Under the pieces are notes generated by a model. The model was not told the origin of the DNA and did no database searches. It was given only the letters and a program-made list of their open reading frames with translations. Positions 50,496-64,000 of a stretch of DNA of 64,000 nt are shown one piece after another. The translations under genes were made by a program, and so were the position numbers. Source of the DNA: Octopus vulgaris (lineage: Eukaryota); assembly GCA_951406725.2 (NCBI GenBank), contig OX597826.1:29078001-29142000 (forward strand). The letters are read 5' to 3'. Numbering within the stretch: the first letter of the stretch is position 1; the number at the start of each line of letters is the position of its first letter.

Positions 50496-51866
50496 TCTGT
50501 TTTCCAAATCCACTCACAAGGCTCTGATCAGCCTTGAGCTAGGGTAGAAAACACTTGCCCAAGATACCACATGGTGGGATTGAGCCTAAAACCATGTGGT
50601 TGAGAAGCAAATTTCTTACCAGCCTGCTATGCCTTGGACACACACACACACACACACACACTATTAGAGTGTCTTGTGCGAGAAATGTGTTTGATGTTAA
50701 CCTCTTTTTCTATCAGTAAGGGCATACTTGCCATTGTTGGCTGATGTTGCACAGTTTTACACAGAAGCAGCACTTTCTACAGAGTTGTTTTGGGTGGTTA
50801 ACTGATGTGGTTCTTCCTACATGAGGAATATTTGAAGGATCTTAGGAATAGGAAGTTCGCTAGTGGTCCCCAGCTGCAAGTATATCCCTGTTGGGAGGAC
50901 GTCTTGTTTGCCGTAGATTTTCCACAGACGCAGGGACAGGATGGGTTGAAGCCTCCGGTTGCCAGATCAGCCACTTCTGTTCACCAGAGCCCCGGTAGCT
51001 GGGTGCGGCCCTGATACCACTGGGTGTCAGAACAATCCGCCTTGGGTGGCCCTACCAGAAACCGAAGTCTGTTGGTATGTTTATGTCTCCATAACGTAGC
51101 AATTTGGCAGAAGAGACCGATAGAATAAGTACTAGGCTTACAAAGAATAAGTCCTAGGGTTGATTTCTTTGACCAAAAAATCCTTTAAGGCAGTGCTCCA
51201 GCATGGCAGCAGTCAAATGACTGAAACATGTAAAAGAATAGAGGAATATAATTTATAACTTAGGTGTGTGTGTGTGAGAGAGAGAGATTCATAGAATGTG
51301 TGTATAATGGTATGAGTGATAATGGTGTGGAGTGTGTGTGTGTGTGTGTTTGTAGTGGGATATATGTTAGTGATAATGGCAATGTGCATAACGAGGAGTG
51401 AGTGTGTGTGTTTGCGTGTATGAATATTGTGATAATGAGAGTGGTGTGCGTATATGTTGATGATGAAGAGCTTTGCGTGTGTATGTGTCTGTGTACAAGA
51501 TGAAGAAGAGATTTGTGTGTGTGTGCAATATGATGTGTGAGCAATCCTAATTTGTCATTAGAAGCTGTAATAATTGTCATTAAATTATAACAATGATCCA
51601 TCAAGTCTTTATTATATATAACCTTCTGCTTGCCCCTTTTCTTCTGCTTTTGCCTCGCCTCCTCTCTCTCATCCCCACTACCACTCCTCCACTGTCACAC
51701 CCACCCCTCATGCCCTCTCACATATTCCTAACTCATAAGGAAAGAAAATGGGGCTGGCTAGAAGGAACATTTATTAATGAAAGGACTCCTTTTTCTGGAT
51801 TCTCCACATTTTTTTAAAAGAGTGATGTAGGAGTGCAGGAGAAGGTATATGTATACCTATAACCAC

Positions 51867-51897
<31 letters not shown>

Positions 51898-52057
51898 CAT
51901 AGATATATATGTGTATATATATATATATATACATACACAAACACACACGTATGTATACATACACACATATATATATACACACATACACAGACAGACATAT
52001 ATATACACACACACACATATATACACATATATATACACACACACACACATATATATG

Positions 52058-52138
<81 letters not shown>

Positions 52139-52362
52139 GTAAGCAGAAAGCAGGTTTGGTAATCAATGCTCTATAAGACATATATGTATCTCATCAAAAT
52201 TCCAAACTAATTACTTAACAGTTGCAGAAACATCATGCAGTCATGCTCTTCACCTCATCAGTGTCCCACACTAAATACTGCATGATGTGAAACATGTATT
52301 TGTCCTGTAAAAGCATTGACTATGTATGTGTCCTGCTTATTATTATCATTATTATTATTATT

Positions 52363-52823
52363 ATTGAGTGAGAGAGCAGTGCATGCCATCAAAGTGACAC
52401 TGGGGTAAAATATACGAGCCCCAGTATACCCATCATGACTACCAGTCTGAGAAGGGTACACCAGGCACATGCATCACAACCATATGTGCGCGATATGGTG
52501 ATCTCATATGAAGATAAACAGCACATGACCTTGCAGGTGGGGCCCAGTTAGAATTTTCTGCTGGTCGAGTAACCCATCCCCCTCAAAAGGTCCTTGAATA
52601 AGGGTTATTTAAGGATGTTAAATGAAACACCCATGTTTCCAGAGGTGAATTATTTAAACCCCAAATAATCCCTCTCAACACATGGCTATGATGCTCCCCC
52701 ACTACTTCTGCTCGTGATCAAAGATGCACATATTGTCAGCCACTAAGGGACATGCTCAACTGGTTACGGTCAAACAACTAACGAGCAAATCTGTGGTATT
52801 GAGCAGAATATTTGCTGTAGCCC
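52363..52823. mobile_element. 460-bp non-coding interspersed element between two (ATT)n tracts
   Basis: Complex sequence sharply bounded by (ATT)n at 52338-52363 and 52824-52861; no ORF, no TIR. Confidence 0.55.
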
Positions 52824-52861
<38 letters not shown>

Positions 52862-53967
52862 TATCATTTGGCTTGTATTCTGCACTTTAGCCCATCCCAA
52901 AGTTGATGTCCTGCATTGCACTACACCGGATAGTGGAGTGGAGTGTTGAACCCATTACCATAGCCCAATTTTTGGCTTCATGACACACTTTACTATGTCC
53001 ATTTTATATATATATATCATCATCATCATCATCGTTTAACGTCCGTTTTCCGCGCTAGCACGGGTTGGACGGTTTCGACCGGGGTCTGGGGAGCTCGGGA
53101 CTGCCCCAGGCTCCAATCTAGTCTGGCAGTGTTTCTACAGCTGGATGCCCTTCCTAACGCCAACCACTCCGCGAGTGTAGTGGGTGTTTTTTACGTGCCA
53201 CCTGCACAGGTGCCAGAGGGGTCTGGCATCGGCCACGTTCGGATGGTGCTTTTTATGTGGGGGTGGTGGTGCAGAAATATAGGGGAGCACCAGTGGGGAG
53301 GGGTGGTTCAGAGAAATGATGACAGGTTCTAGGCAAGTAGAACGTAGGATATCGAGAGAGGGGTAATGCATGGTGAAATAGCGTATTGAAGAGGGGGTTC
53401 GAAGAGTAGACACCTATAATGGTGGTGGGAGAAGCGACATCCGGTATAGATGGAGCAAAATATAGAGATATCCGGTATTGGTGGTGGGGGTGGGCAGGGC
53501 GGGTGCACCGCGAAGATACGAAGTTTGATTTTAGACGATTGAAGATAGATAGATAGATAGAGAAATTAGATAGATAGAGAAATTTGATAAATAGTTAGAC
53601 AGATAGAGAAACATAAGAGGGAGTATCCGGTGTAGATGGTGAGAACAGTGTTCACCGGTATTGGTGGTGGGGGAGGGAGGGCGGGCGCACCGCGCATTGG
53701 GAGAAGATGAGGTTTTAGGCGGCAGAAAGAAGACAGGATTGAGATGAAATGCTTTGCGGTGGTGTGAATAAGTTTTTGTGAGTGAAAGTTTTTATGCTTC
53801 AGCTAGCATTTGAGACGAAAGACAACGATAACGCTATTAGATGGGGATACAATAATAATAAGGCTTGCAAAAACAATGAAAAGAGGAAACAGGTCGGGAA
53901 CTTAGCTGATGTTTTTCATCCTGCGGTATTGGCTAAGCCTGTGGAAGCGAGTGAAGGTGAGATATAT

Positions 53968-54055
<88 letters not shown>

Positions 54056-54308
54056 AATTGAGTAGTTGAATGAATTATCTTATTATGGATAATTCGGTTA
54101 ACCGATACCTGGGTAGCAAATTCACGTCAGAAAAACACGGTTGAAGCTACATGCCTAGGGCAGAGATCATGTGCTATCGTGTGGAAATTTGTGTGTTTTT
54201 TTTTTAAATACAAATAAATGAAAGAATGGAGTTGAACGACAAATTAACAAAATTCCTTTATTTTATTTTCGACATATGTTTCGAAGGCTGCATATTCCTG
54301 ATTTCGAA

Positions 54309-54349
<41 letters not shown>

Positions 54350-54381
54350 TCCATCCATACACATATGCATATGTACATAGC

Positions 54382-54414
<33 letters not shown>

Positions 54415-56172
54415 ATGTGTGTGTGTGTGTGTCTGTATTCCAAGTGAGGATGATAGCATCTGCTTCAAGAACAGGAAACTTTTAACATGAAGCCTTTTCA
54501 CCATTTCTGAGAATTTGTAAATCAGTGAAAAATTCAAATTTTTTTCTTTTTTACAAATGAGAACAACGGTGTATGTGAGAAGGGATGTCATTGCAATATA
54601 TAAATGTGTGTGTGTGTGTTTGAAGGCACATGGCTCGACCATTAGGATGTTAGCCTTAAAATTATGAGGCTGTGAGTTTGATTCCCAGGCTGAGCTGTAT
54701 GTTGTTTTCTTGAGCAAGACACTTTATTTCACGCTTTAGAAGTGAGTTGCAACATCACTGGAGCCAAGTTGCATCAGCCTTTGCCTTTCCCTTGGACAAC
54801 ATCGGTGGCATGGAGAGGGGAGACTGGTATGCCTGGGCGATTGCTGGTCTTCCAAAAACCTTGCTCAGACTTGTGCCAAGGAGGGGAACTTGGCAGAGGC
54901 TTACAAAGAATAAGTTCCGGGGTCGATTTCTTTGACCAAAAGATCCTTTAAGGCAGTGCTCCAGTATGGCCACAGTCAAATGACTGAAACGGGTAAAAGA
55001 ATAGAGGAATATAATTTATAACTTGTGTGTGTGTGTGTGCGTGTTTGAAGAAGATGAAAAGGGTGGTGGATTGGCAGAGTTGTGAGAGCATCAGAAAAAT
55101 GATATTTAATATTTATTCCAGCTCTGAGTTCAAATCCCACCAGGATAACTTTACTTATTTGGGCTTGACGTTATAAAGTACCAGTCAGGTACAAGGGTTG
55201 ATATAATCAACTAATCCCTTCCCCTTCAAAATTTCTGTCCTTTTGCCTTAATTAGAGACAGTTATTAGAGGTGGAGATTGGCTGAATTAGTAGTGTTGGA
55301 AGAAATGCCTTGTGGTGTTTATTTCAACACTAGTAGGAGACACTAGCTCAAAGTGATACACACTGGGAATGAACCTGAAACCATGTGATGATTGCAACCA
55401 CATGGTTCCCTACAACATGGCACCTTGGTCAAGTGTCTTCTACTATAGCCTTGGGCTGACCAAAACTTTCTGAGTAGATTTTGGAGGCAGAAACTGAAAG
55501 AAGCCCATCGTACGTGTGTGTGTGTCTTTGTATCTGTGTTTGTCCCCCGCCACCACCACCTGCTGTTGGTTTGTTTACATCCCTATAACTTAGCAGCTCA
55601 GCAAAAGAGACCGATCGACCAAGTACCAAAACTTAAAAAATGAGGTCAATACATTCGACTAAAAATTCTGAAAGGCGTTGCCCCAGAATGGCCGCAGTCC
55701 AATGCCTGAAACAAATAAAAGATAAGTAAAGATAAAAGAAATATCCTATTCAGGGACAATATTCAACCTTTAAGAGTATTTTTTTTGGAGGGAAAAAAAT
55801 TAATTCAAGGGTGCGATAGGGTCTACTGAAATATGCATAAAACATCATGATTGAGGGGTGTTAATCTCCAACCTGGCAAAAAAAAATTGTTAGCATTATC
55901 AGAAAAAAATTTTAAAAAGGAGAAACTGAGAGAAAAAGGAATAAGGAAAACAAATAGGAAAAGAAAATTAATTTTTTTTAAATGTTTGAAAACTAAATAC
56001 AATAATATTAATGACAATAATAATGATGATAATAATAATAATAATAGGGAAATTGTGAAAGTAAATAATAAATTTATAAAATGGTAAATAATATTGAAGT
56101 TACATAAAGTTTACAACAACAACTACAATATCAACATCACAAATTGATTTTTTTTTAGAGGAGCAAACAGGA

Positions 56173-56207
<35 letters not shown>

Positions 56208-56389
56208 TGATGAAAGACAAAAATGAAAAAGGAAAATGATGATAATGATAATAATAATAATAGTAATAGCAATAATGATGATGACGATGAGGGAACGAGA
56301 AATCAGAAAATGTCACTTTGGTACAATCTGGAAACTTTTTTGTATCAGCAGATTTTCACATGGTGCTTCGAGGAATTATGCTCTTGTCT

Positions 56390-57440
56390 GTGTGTGTGTG
56401 TGTGTGTGGTCATGTAGTGGTGATGGTGTATGTGTGTGTGTGATTGTAGTTATGGGCATGTAGCTGCATGGCTGTGTGTGGTTCTGTATTTGTGTGTGTG
56501 TTGTGTGGGAATGATTGTGTGTGTGTGCGTGTGTGCATAGTTATGTTGTGGTGATTGTATGTGTTGTGTGTGTGTGCATGTGTAGTTGCAGGGCTGTATG
56601 TGTGCATGTGTAGTGTGTGGGTGTGTGTGCATAGTTGCATGGTTCTGTGTGTGTGTGTAGTTGCATGGCTGTATGTAGGTTTATATTTGTGTGTGTGTGT
56701 GAGTGTGTGATCGTCTGAGGATGACTACATGTGTATGTGTGAGTGTAGTTATATGCTTGTGGCTGCATGACTTTGTGTGTGTGTTTATATATCTACGTAC
56801 GTGTGTACAATTATGAATGTGGTTGTGCTTGTAGTGGTGTTTATGGGGTTGTCTATATGTGTGTGCATGCGTCTTTGTCATTATATATGTATGTGTGTGA
56901 CGTGGTTTGGTGTGTGTATTGTTTCTGTTTTGTTTTTAGGTTTATGTTTCAGTTTGAAAGAAAGAAAGAAAGAAAAAAGCAAACAAACTATTAACTGATG
57001 AAATAGATTAAATAGATGATAGTTACTGTTGTAGTACGGTGGTGCTGGTTTGAAGTTTGGGCAGGAGCTGTGGTTGGTGGTGTGCACGGGTATTTGAGGC
57101 TGAGGCTGTAGTAATGATGGTGGTGGTCGTCGTCGTGCTGGTGGCATTTGTGGTGGTGGTTGTGTATGGAGGCATGTAACTTGGGCTTGGTGGTGGTGGT
57201 GGTTTGTGGTTTAGGTAGTGGTTGATGTACAGTGATATGAAGCTTGGAGGATGGTTGCAATGTTATGTTGTGGTGTCATGTGGTTTGTGTAGTGGTGGTG
57301 GTAGTATGAGGATTGGATTGGTAGTGATGGTGGCAGTTTGTGGTTTGACCAGTGGCGGTGGTGGTGGCAGATTGTGGTTTGAGCGGTGGTGGTGGTGGTG
57401 GTGGTGGCAGCAGTGGTTGTGATTACAATAGTGATTTGAG
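56390..57440. repeat. (GT)/(GGT)-rich low-complexity tract
   Basis: Direct reading. Confidence 0.85.
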
Positions 57441-58387
57441 GCTTGGGCAGTGATGGTTGAGATGGCAGTAGTGGTGCTGGTAGCTGCTGCGGCAGTTTGA
57501 GGTTCGGGTGGTAACGTTGTTATTATTGTTGATGTTCTTGCTGTTGTTGTTGTTGGTGGTCATATGAAGTTTATGCAGTAGATAGAGGAGGTGGTGTTTG
57601 TCTGAGGCTTTGCAGTAGTGATGATGGTGGTGGTGTTGGTGGCGGTGGTGGCGTCAGATGCCAGTGTGAAGTGGTGCGAGACTGTTGTGGCGTTGGTTCT
57701 GGCGGGGGCAGGGGTTGGGGGTTGCAGTATCCGTATGTGGTTAGGGTTGGACATTTTCAACTGTTGTTTTTAGATTTGCGTTTGTGGTTTTCTAATCATT
57801 GTTGTTGATGTTGTTGTTTTCTTTGTTGTGTGTGTGTGTGTGTATGTATGTGTGTGTGTGTGTGTGTATGTATGTGTGTGTGTGCGCGTGCTCGTGTGAT
57901 CTTTTTTATTGTCTTTTATGATTAAAAAAAAATATTGTTAATGACGTCCGTCTAACTTACACACACACACACATACACACACACACTCATGCATAAATAC
58001 ATACACATACATAAACATACAGATACGCACACCTACATGGACACGCACATACATATACATACAACTACACACAGTCACATATACATATATGTACAAATAC
58101 ACACATACTCACACACAGTCTCCCTTTCTCCCTCTCTCCCCCTCTTAAACACACAGTAAAAATAAACAGTCAAAAAAAAAATAGTTTGATATAAAATTAA
58201 AATGTTGCTGCAGATGTTGTTGTAGTTGTTGTTGTTGATTTAGGGAAGAAAAAAATTTTAAAAATTAAAGGATTTTTCAAAAAAAAAATTTAATAACCTC
58301 CCCCCCCCCCCGTTACTAATTATTATGGGACATAATTCATATTCGCGTCACTTTAAACCATATGTGACTGACTTTTGTGGCTTTTTT

Positions 58388-58995
58388 GCTGTTGTTGCTA
58401 CTACTACTACTACTACTACTACTACTGCTGCTTCTACTACTGCTGCTGCTACTACTACTACTGCTGCTACTACTACTGCTGCTACTGCTGCTACTACTAC
58501 TACTACTACTACTGCTGCTATTACTGCTACTACTACTACTGCTGCTGCTATTACTGCTACTACTACTGTTACTGCTCCTACTATTACTGCTCCTACTGCT
58601 GCTGTTGCTACTATCACCACTACCACCAACACTTCTACTACTACCTACCCGACTATTACTGTTACTGCTGCCACTGATTATTATTACTACCACCTCAACT
58701 ATTACAGCTACTGTTACATCTACGACTGTTACAATTGCTACTACTACCACTACCACTGCTACTACTATCAACACTATTACAACCACTGACACTACTATTG
58801 CAGTTAGTGTTACTACTACCACCAACATCACTATTATAGCTATTAGTACTACTACCACCACCACCACCAAGACCACTTCTAGTGCTTCTACTACGACTAC
58901 CACCACTACTACTACAAATACCACAATTATAGCTACTCCTGCTACTAACAATGCTATTATAGCTAGTGCCACTACTACTACTACTACTAGCTTGA
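58388..58995. repeat. (CTA)/(CTG)/(CCA) trinucleotide tract
   Basis: Direct reading; source of poly-L/T/S/V ORFs. Confidence 0.92.
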
Positions 58996-59772
58996 CCACC
59001 AATCATTATTATTGCTATCACAAAGGCAGCGAGCTGGCAGAACCGTTAGTATGCCAGGCAAAATGCTTAGTGGCTTTTCATCTGTCTGCACGTTCTCGGT
59101 TCAAATTCCGGCAAGGTTGACTTTGCCTTTCATCCTTTCGAGAGTCGGTAAATTAAGTACCAGTTGCATACTGGGGTCAATGTAATCAACTAAGCACCCT
59201 TCCCACAAAATTCCTGGCCTTGTGCCAAAATTTGAAACCATCTTTACTGCTGTCATATCTACAATTATTATTTCTATTGCTACCACTACCACCGCTGCTG
59301 CTACTACTACTACTACTACTGCCACTACTACAACTACTGCTATTATGACCTCATCATTCAACATTGTCCAAGATTGCATAACATTGGACTGGCCATTGTA
59401 TTTCAAAGCTGTAAAAATTCTCCAGTTTTGGATTTTGGTTGTTGGGTGGGGTGCTATGTGGTGGAGTTAATGGGGTACTGAATAACTACCCGAGAGAGCT
59501 TGTTTTATGCCAATGGATTCCCCCAACCACCAGGCCGTGAATCATTTGGCTCGCGCAGAAAGAATGTATCTTTATATTTTCTATTCCATTGACCATACCG
59601 TTGTAGTCTGCAGGGTGTTTTGCATTCTATGTGTATTACTCACACACATACTGACACACACAGGCAAATCAAAAACATTAAAAAAAAAACTGGGGAAAAA
59701 AAACGAAAGACAATTGTGAATATATTAGATTGATGGTCAGTGGGAGTTTTAGATGGAAAAGTAGGAGTGGAA

Positions 59773-59806
59773 ATGACGTTTCGGGCTTGGCTCTTCGTCA
59801 GAAAGA
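59773..59806 (-). ncRNA. Minimal hammerhead core
   Basis: Minus strand CTGACGA-a-GAGC caa GCCC-GAAACGTC; stem I not intact. Confidence 0.5.
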
Positions 59807-59916
59807 GGAAAAGGTCACAGAGAAGGAAAGGAAGAATGGAGCAGATAGTCCAAGAATAACTTGTATGTCATTACTTAGTATGTATGTGTGTATGTGTGTG
59901 TGTGTGTGTAAATTTA

Positions 59917-60204
59917 TATAAATAAGGATAAGATTGATATTTAAATAGCGATCTTATCAGGTGGCCAGCATGGGAATAAAAACCTTCAAAGGTAATAATT
60001 ATTTAAAATTATAATTTAGGGTATCTAAGAGATACCACCACGCTGGAAATAGCAGTCAAAACTTAACTCTAAAACCACATTAAATGTTCTGTATGCTGTA
60101 TGAATGTTCTAGTGTTGTATGAACATTTAATGTGGTTTTTGAGTCAAGTTTTGACTGCTATTTCCAGCGCGGTGGTGTCTCTTAGATACCTAAATTATAA
60201 TTTT
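59917..60204. mobile_element. Fold-back element next to (AT)n
   Basis: ~85-bp inverted arms 60005-60089 / 60121-60204 containing CTGGAAATAGCAGTCAAA; terminal mini-hairpin GATAAGATTG..CGATCTTATC. Confidence 0.65.
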
Positions 60205-60211
60205 ATATATG

Positions 60212-60251
<40 letters not shown>

Positions 60252-60277
60252 TGTATGTATATATATATATATAGATG

Positions 60278-60391
<114 letters not shown>

Positions 60392-60963
60392 AGGCAATTA
60401 TGTGGATAAACAAATTAGATACATTAAATACACTACATATATTAAATATAGTTTTGGTATGAAATACAAAATATGTATATATGTATACACACAAAAGGTG
60501 GAGACTTTCAGACAATGAATATTTGAGTATAAATACATAGATATTTGTATTAATAGGCCTGCTCAACATGGTTCCTCTTACAACCATTCTTTACCTCGTG
60601 GAATCGATCCTCTGTAAAGACATCAGAGTCCTAAGTTTGAATCTTTTGAGCATTACTAAGTGTCTTCTATACTGAGAATCTCTGAATCTCATTTGCGGAC
60701 TATACATACACACACACACACACACACAGTTGAAGTTTACGGAAAAATAAAAGGCAAAGACAGGTGTATGAACAACAAGCAGGTGTATTAGTTTGACGCT
60801 CGGGAAAGTGAACAAGTCTTTTACGTTTCGAGCATAGGAAAGGAAGAATAAAAGAAAATAAACAGAGAGAATAAAAAAAACTTGTGGATTTAGTAGTCAA
60901 GCATATATATATACAAATACGTGTGTGTATATGTATATGGGGAAAATAAAGACAAAAGTAAGT

Positions 60964-61052
60964 TACGTGCGTTTCACTGTTATGGTTGTTTGGAATCTTG
61001 CAGTTGAAGTTCACATGCATATATATGCTCAGCCACAACGAATCTTCAGGGT
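60964..61052 (-). ncRNA. Hammerhead-like motif
   Basis: Minus strand CTGAAGA..GTTGTGG...CCATAAC..GAAACGCACGTA; stem II pairs, stem I decayed. Confidence 0.5.
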
Positions 61053-61686
61053 ACACTTTATTTTCAATACATTTGCTGGTTATATTATTCCTTATAGTAG
61101 TTTATTAATGACTATACAGAAAGCAGACTGGATTATGAATATCTACGCTGACCTCTAAATATAATTTCTATGTAATAATTAAATATTTGCTAATTATATA
61201 TTACACTATTATGTTATGTTAATGTTTTGATCCAATACAGCGTTTATGTTTTTAACGCTTTTGACTCCGCCAGATAGAATTGTACTACCCGGGTGTCGAA
61301 ACCATAGTGATATCTGCTAGGCAACTGATGATGGGAATATGTTTGTTGTCTGTGAATCTTTTATTTTTTGAGGTCTCGTTCTAAGTTGTTTTTAATTCTC
61401 GAAAGGTTAAACTTGTTGAAGGGTTCATTCATGGCTTACTGTTTGTAGATTGTATTATAATCATGCAATACCAATATATGTAATGTGTGTGCTTGAAATA
61501 TATGTGTGCTTTTTAGCACTATACGAGATGCTTTTCCTGGCTCAAAATGATTGTGAGCCAACCCGCCTAACTAGAGGGGTAGCAACATTCGAAAGTTACA
61601 GCAATGCGAGGAACCGCATTGTGACCAGCGGTGTATAATCAGGTAATCTAGTCGATACACACGCGCGCGTGCACACACATTATTGT

Positions 61687-62370
61687 ATATAATAAAGGTA
61701 ATAACCTTATAACGTGCTTTCAAAGGCTTCTCTACTGGTATCGGCTACCATATGCTATCATACAGCAGGAATACTCCTTTACTGGATGTACATGTGGAAA
61801 TTCGTTTGTGTCCACAGAATTCATGCAAAAAAAAATTATAATTCAAGAAGATGGAATGAACAGGCTTTAGCCCAAATCACCACAATTGTTTCAATGCATT
61901 GCTGTTAACTAGTAATTTTTTAGTATTTCACATATTATACACATTCTTGTATTAATCTGACCCAACAATAGCTGTGAACTTGCACATCTTCAGGTGAATG
62001 AATTCCAGAGCATCGCTGGATCACCTGTAGTTACCCATTGTTTTATATAGCCATATTTTTTTTTTTTTTTTTAATATTCCATTCACAAAGTTCATCATTT
62101 GTATTTTCGTGTTGCTCTTTGTCAGTGGAATGCTGAAAATAGAATATGGGTATAAAACAATGGATAACTATCGGTGATCCAGCAAATGCTCTCAAACCCA
62201 CTCACTTCAAGGGGTGCAGGTACATACCTGTTGTTGGATTGTATTAATACAAGAGTGTATATATAATAGGAAAAAAATTCAACTATTAACGGCTGATGTT
62301 AATGCACAGAAACAATTGTAGTGATTTGGTTTAAAGCTTGTTCATTCCATCTTCTTGTATCATATTTTTA
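61687..62370. mobile_element. Penelope-like fold-back element with a hammerhead in each ~230-bp arm
   Basis: 61830-62058 is a diverged reverse complement of 62142-62370; consensus of the arms gives TCAC-CTGAAGA-TGTGCA..TGCACA-GAAACAATTGTA-GTGA. Confidence 0.7.
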
Positions 62371-63156
62371 CACACACACATGTGTATATAGGTAGGTAGG
62401 TATCTTGTTTGTAGGTACGGTCATTACACCAACAATCATAAACACGTACTGATTAAATTTCACTCTTTTGTGTTAGTCAACACGCGAGTTTACATCAAGA
62501 ACCTTCCAAACTTAATACAAAAAGCTATCTCTCTATACACGCGTGCTCGCTTACATATACTGACAATGATAGACTGACCGGAAGGTAAGAAAAAAAGGGA
62601 ATATAATGCAACACATTTATATAAAGCGAAGGAAAAGGGAGGCGAGAGTTTTGCCGTTGAATATAACTGATGGGAAACGAAAATAGTAAAAGTACCAGAC
62701 CATCTCCTTGCCTCACTCTTTATCAAAATTGGGGAATAGTTTATAGTTAGAAACGGGGAAAGCGTGAAAATGGCGGACGGGAGAGAGATAGAAAGAGATG
62801 GGGGTTAGTCTGAAGAGAAAAGAAACCGGAGACAGATGATGGAATAGCATTGGTAGAGAATAAGGGAAGGAGTGGAGCGTGGTTGGTGGGATGGGAGAGA
62901 GTGACGGAGGGATGACAAAAAAGAAATTGATGAAAAATTACAAGAGCTGAGAAAGAAGATGGCAAGTTCGGTTGGGAGGCTAACAAAGACATGTTTCAAG
63001 TAACGTAAAGAATTTGTGTGTGTGCAGACGCATAATGCGCATGTGTACATGTGTGTTGCTTATGCGTGTAGATATATCTGTGTGTATATACGTATATGTG
63101 TGTATGTAGCCATGTAGTTTGTGTATATATATTTATAGACTTATATGGCGTGTGTA

Positions 63157-63204
<48 letters not shown>

Positions 63205-64000
63205 TACCCATATATGCATACATATATGTATGGTGTATGTGTACATATATATGATGTGTGTTTACACAAACACATATATATAATCTCTAAAGAACTTTTC
63301 CAAATTCAACGCTACTTCTCTCTTGCCTTCAACAGAACCTTCACTACAATTACACACACACACCACCAAGAACTAAAGCACCATAAAGACCACTTTACTA
63401 CTAGAAGAGCTAAAAAAAACTGTTACCACCCCCCCTCTCCACGCAACCCTACTCCCACATCACCACGAAGACCACTCACTAGCAGTACTACCAACGCCAC
63501 CACCACCACCTTTTCAAAACACTCAACACCATCTAAACCACCAGAAACAATCACCGCCACCACCAAACACATTCTTCCGTTAATCCATCATCACTATCAA
63601 TGCCGCCATCATCATTATCATCATCGTTATTACGACCAGCATCCAATACATCTTTTACGACAATGATTCAATGCGGCTTTTGGGAGAAAGACCATCTCGT
63701 GGAATAAACTCCACCCCCACCCCACCCCCACTCCCTCACTACCGCTTATTCTGTTATTTCTCTCTCTCGCAGACTTCCTCCTTTCGGCTACCGGCCACCG
63801 TCGCCTTACTGGCTGGCACCAACTGCTCACAAGTCGGGTTTTCTTCCTAAACCACTCAATCTTCTGGCAATTCTCGCTTGTTGTTGTTGTTGTTGTTGTG
63901 GTGGTGGTGGTGGTGGTTCTTTTCTTTTATTATTTCTGTTGCTGCTGGTTAACTTTTCGACTGAAAACTCCCACCTTCCCTTGTATCTCTCTCTGTGCGC

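Noticed and set aside
50780-51070. Possible RTE 5'UTR fragment on the minus strand
   Set aside because: Resemblance from memory only; no coding sequence or second copy to support it.

Overview
Eukaryotic, AT-rich, microsatellite- and SINE-saturated genomic DNA; the repeat families and simple-repeat density look cephalopod (Octopus-like), which is my inference. Almost all listed short ORFs are artefacts of simple repeats. Supported content: (1) a full-length ~5.85 kb Tx1-clade non-LTR retrotransposon on the minus strand (14247-20091; ORF1 with RRM-like motif and CCHC knuckle, ORF2 APE endonuclease + RT + C-terminal zinc finger), damaged only by three single-base frameshifts and inserted in an (AAT)n tract; (2) two phase-compatible coding exons (21019-21148, 25603-25782) encoding a mitochondrial presequence and a TRAP1/HSP75-like N-terminus, with no further exon recognisable in the remaining 38 kb; (3) decayed RTE LINE, mariner, pogo/Tigger-like, hAT and solo-LTR pieces and many tRNA-derived SINEs; (4) about a dozen type I hammerhead-ribozyme-like motifs with palindromic stem III in Penelope-like remnants and fold-back elements, including a tRNA-headed SINE-like unit with a hammerhead tail; (5) a SINE insertion that carries a 439-bp copy of nearby DNA inside one 17-bp TSD. 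All alignments and folds were done by eye; repeat boundaries are approximate unless TSDs/TIRs are quoted.
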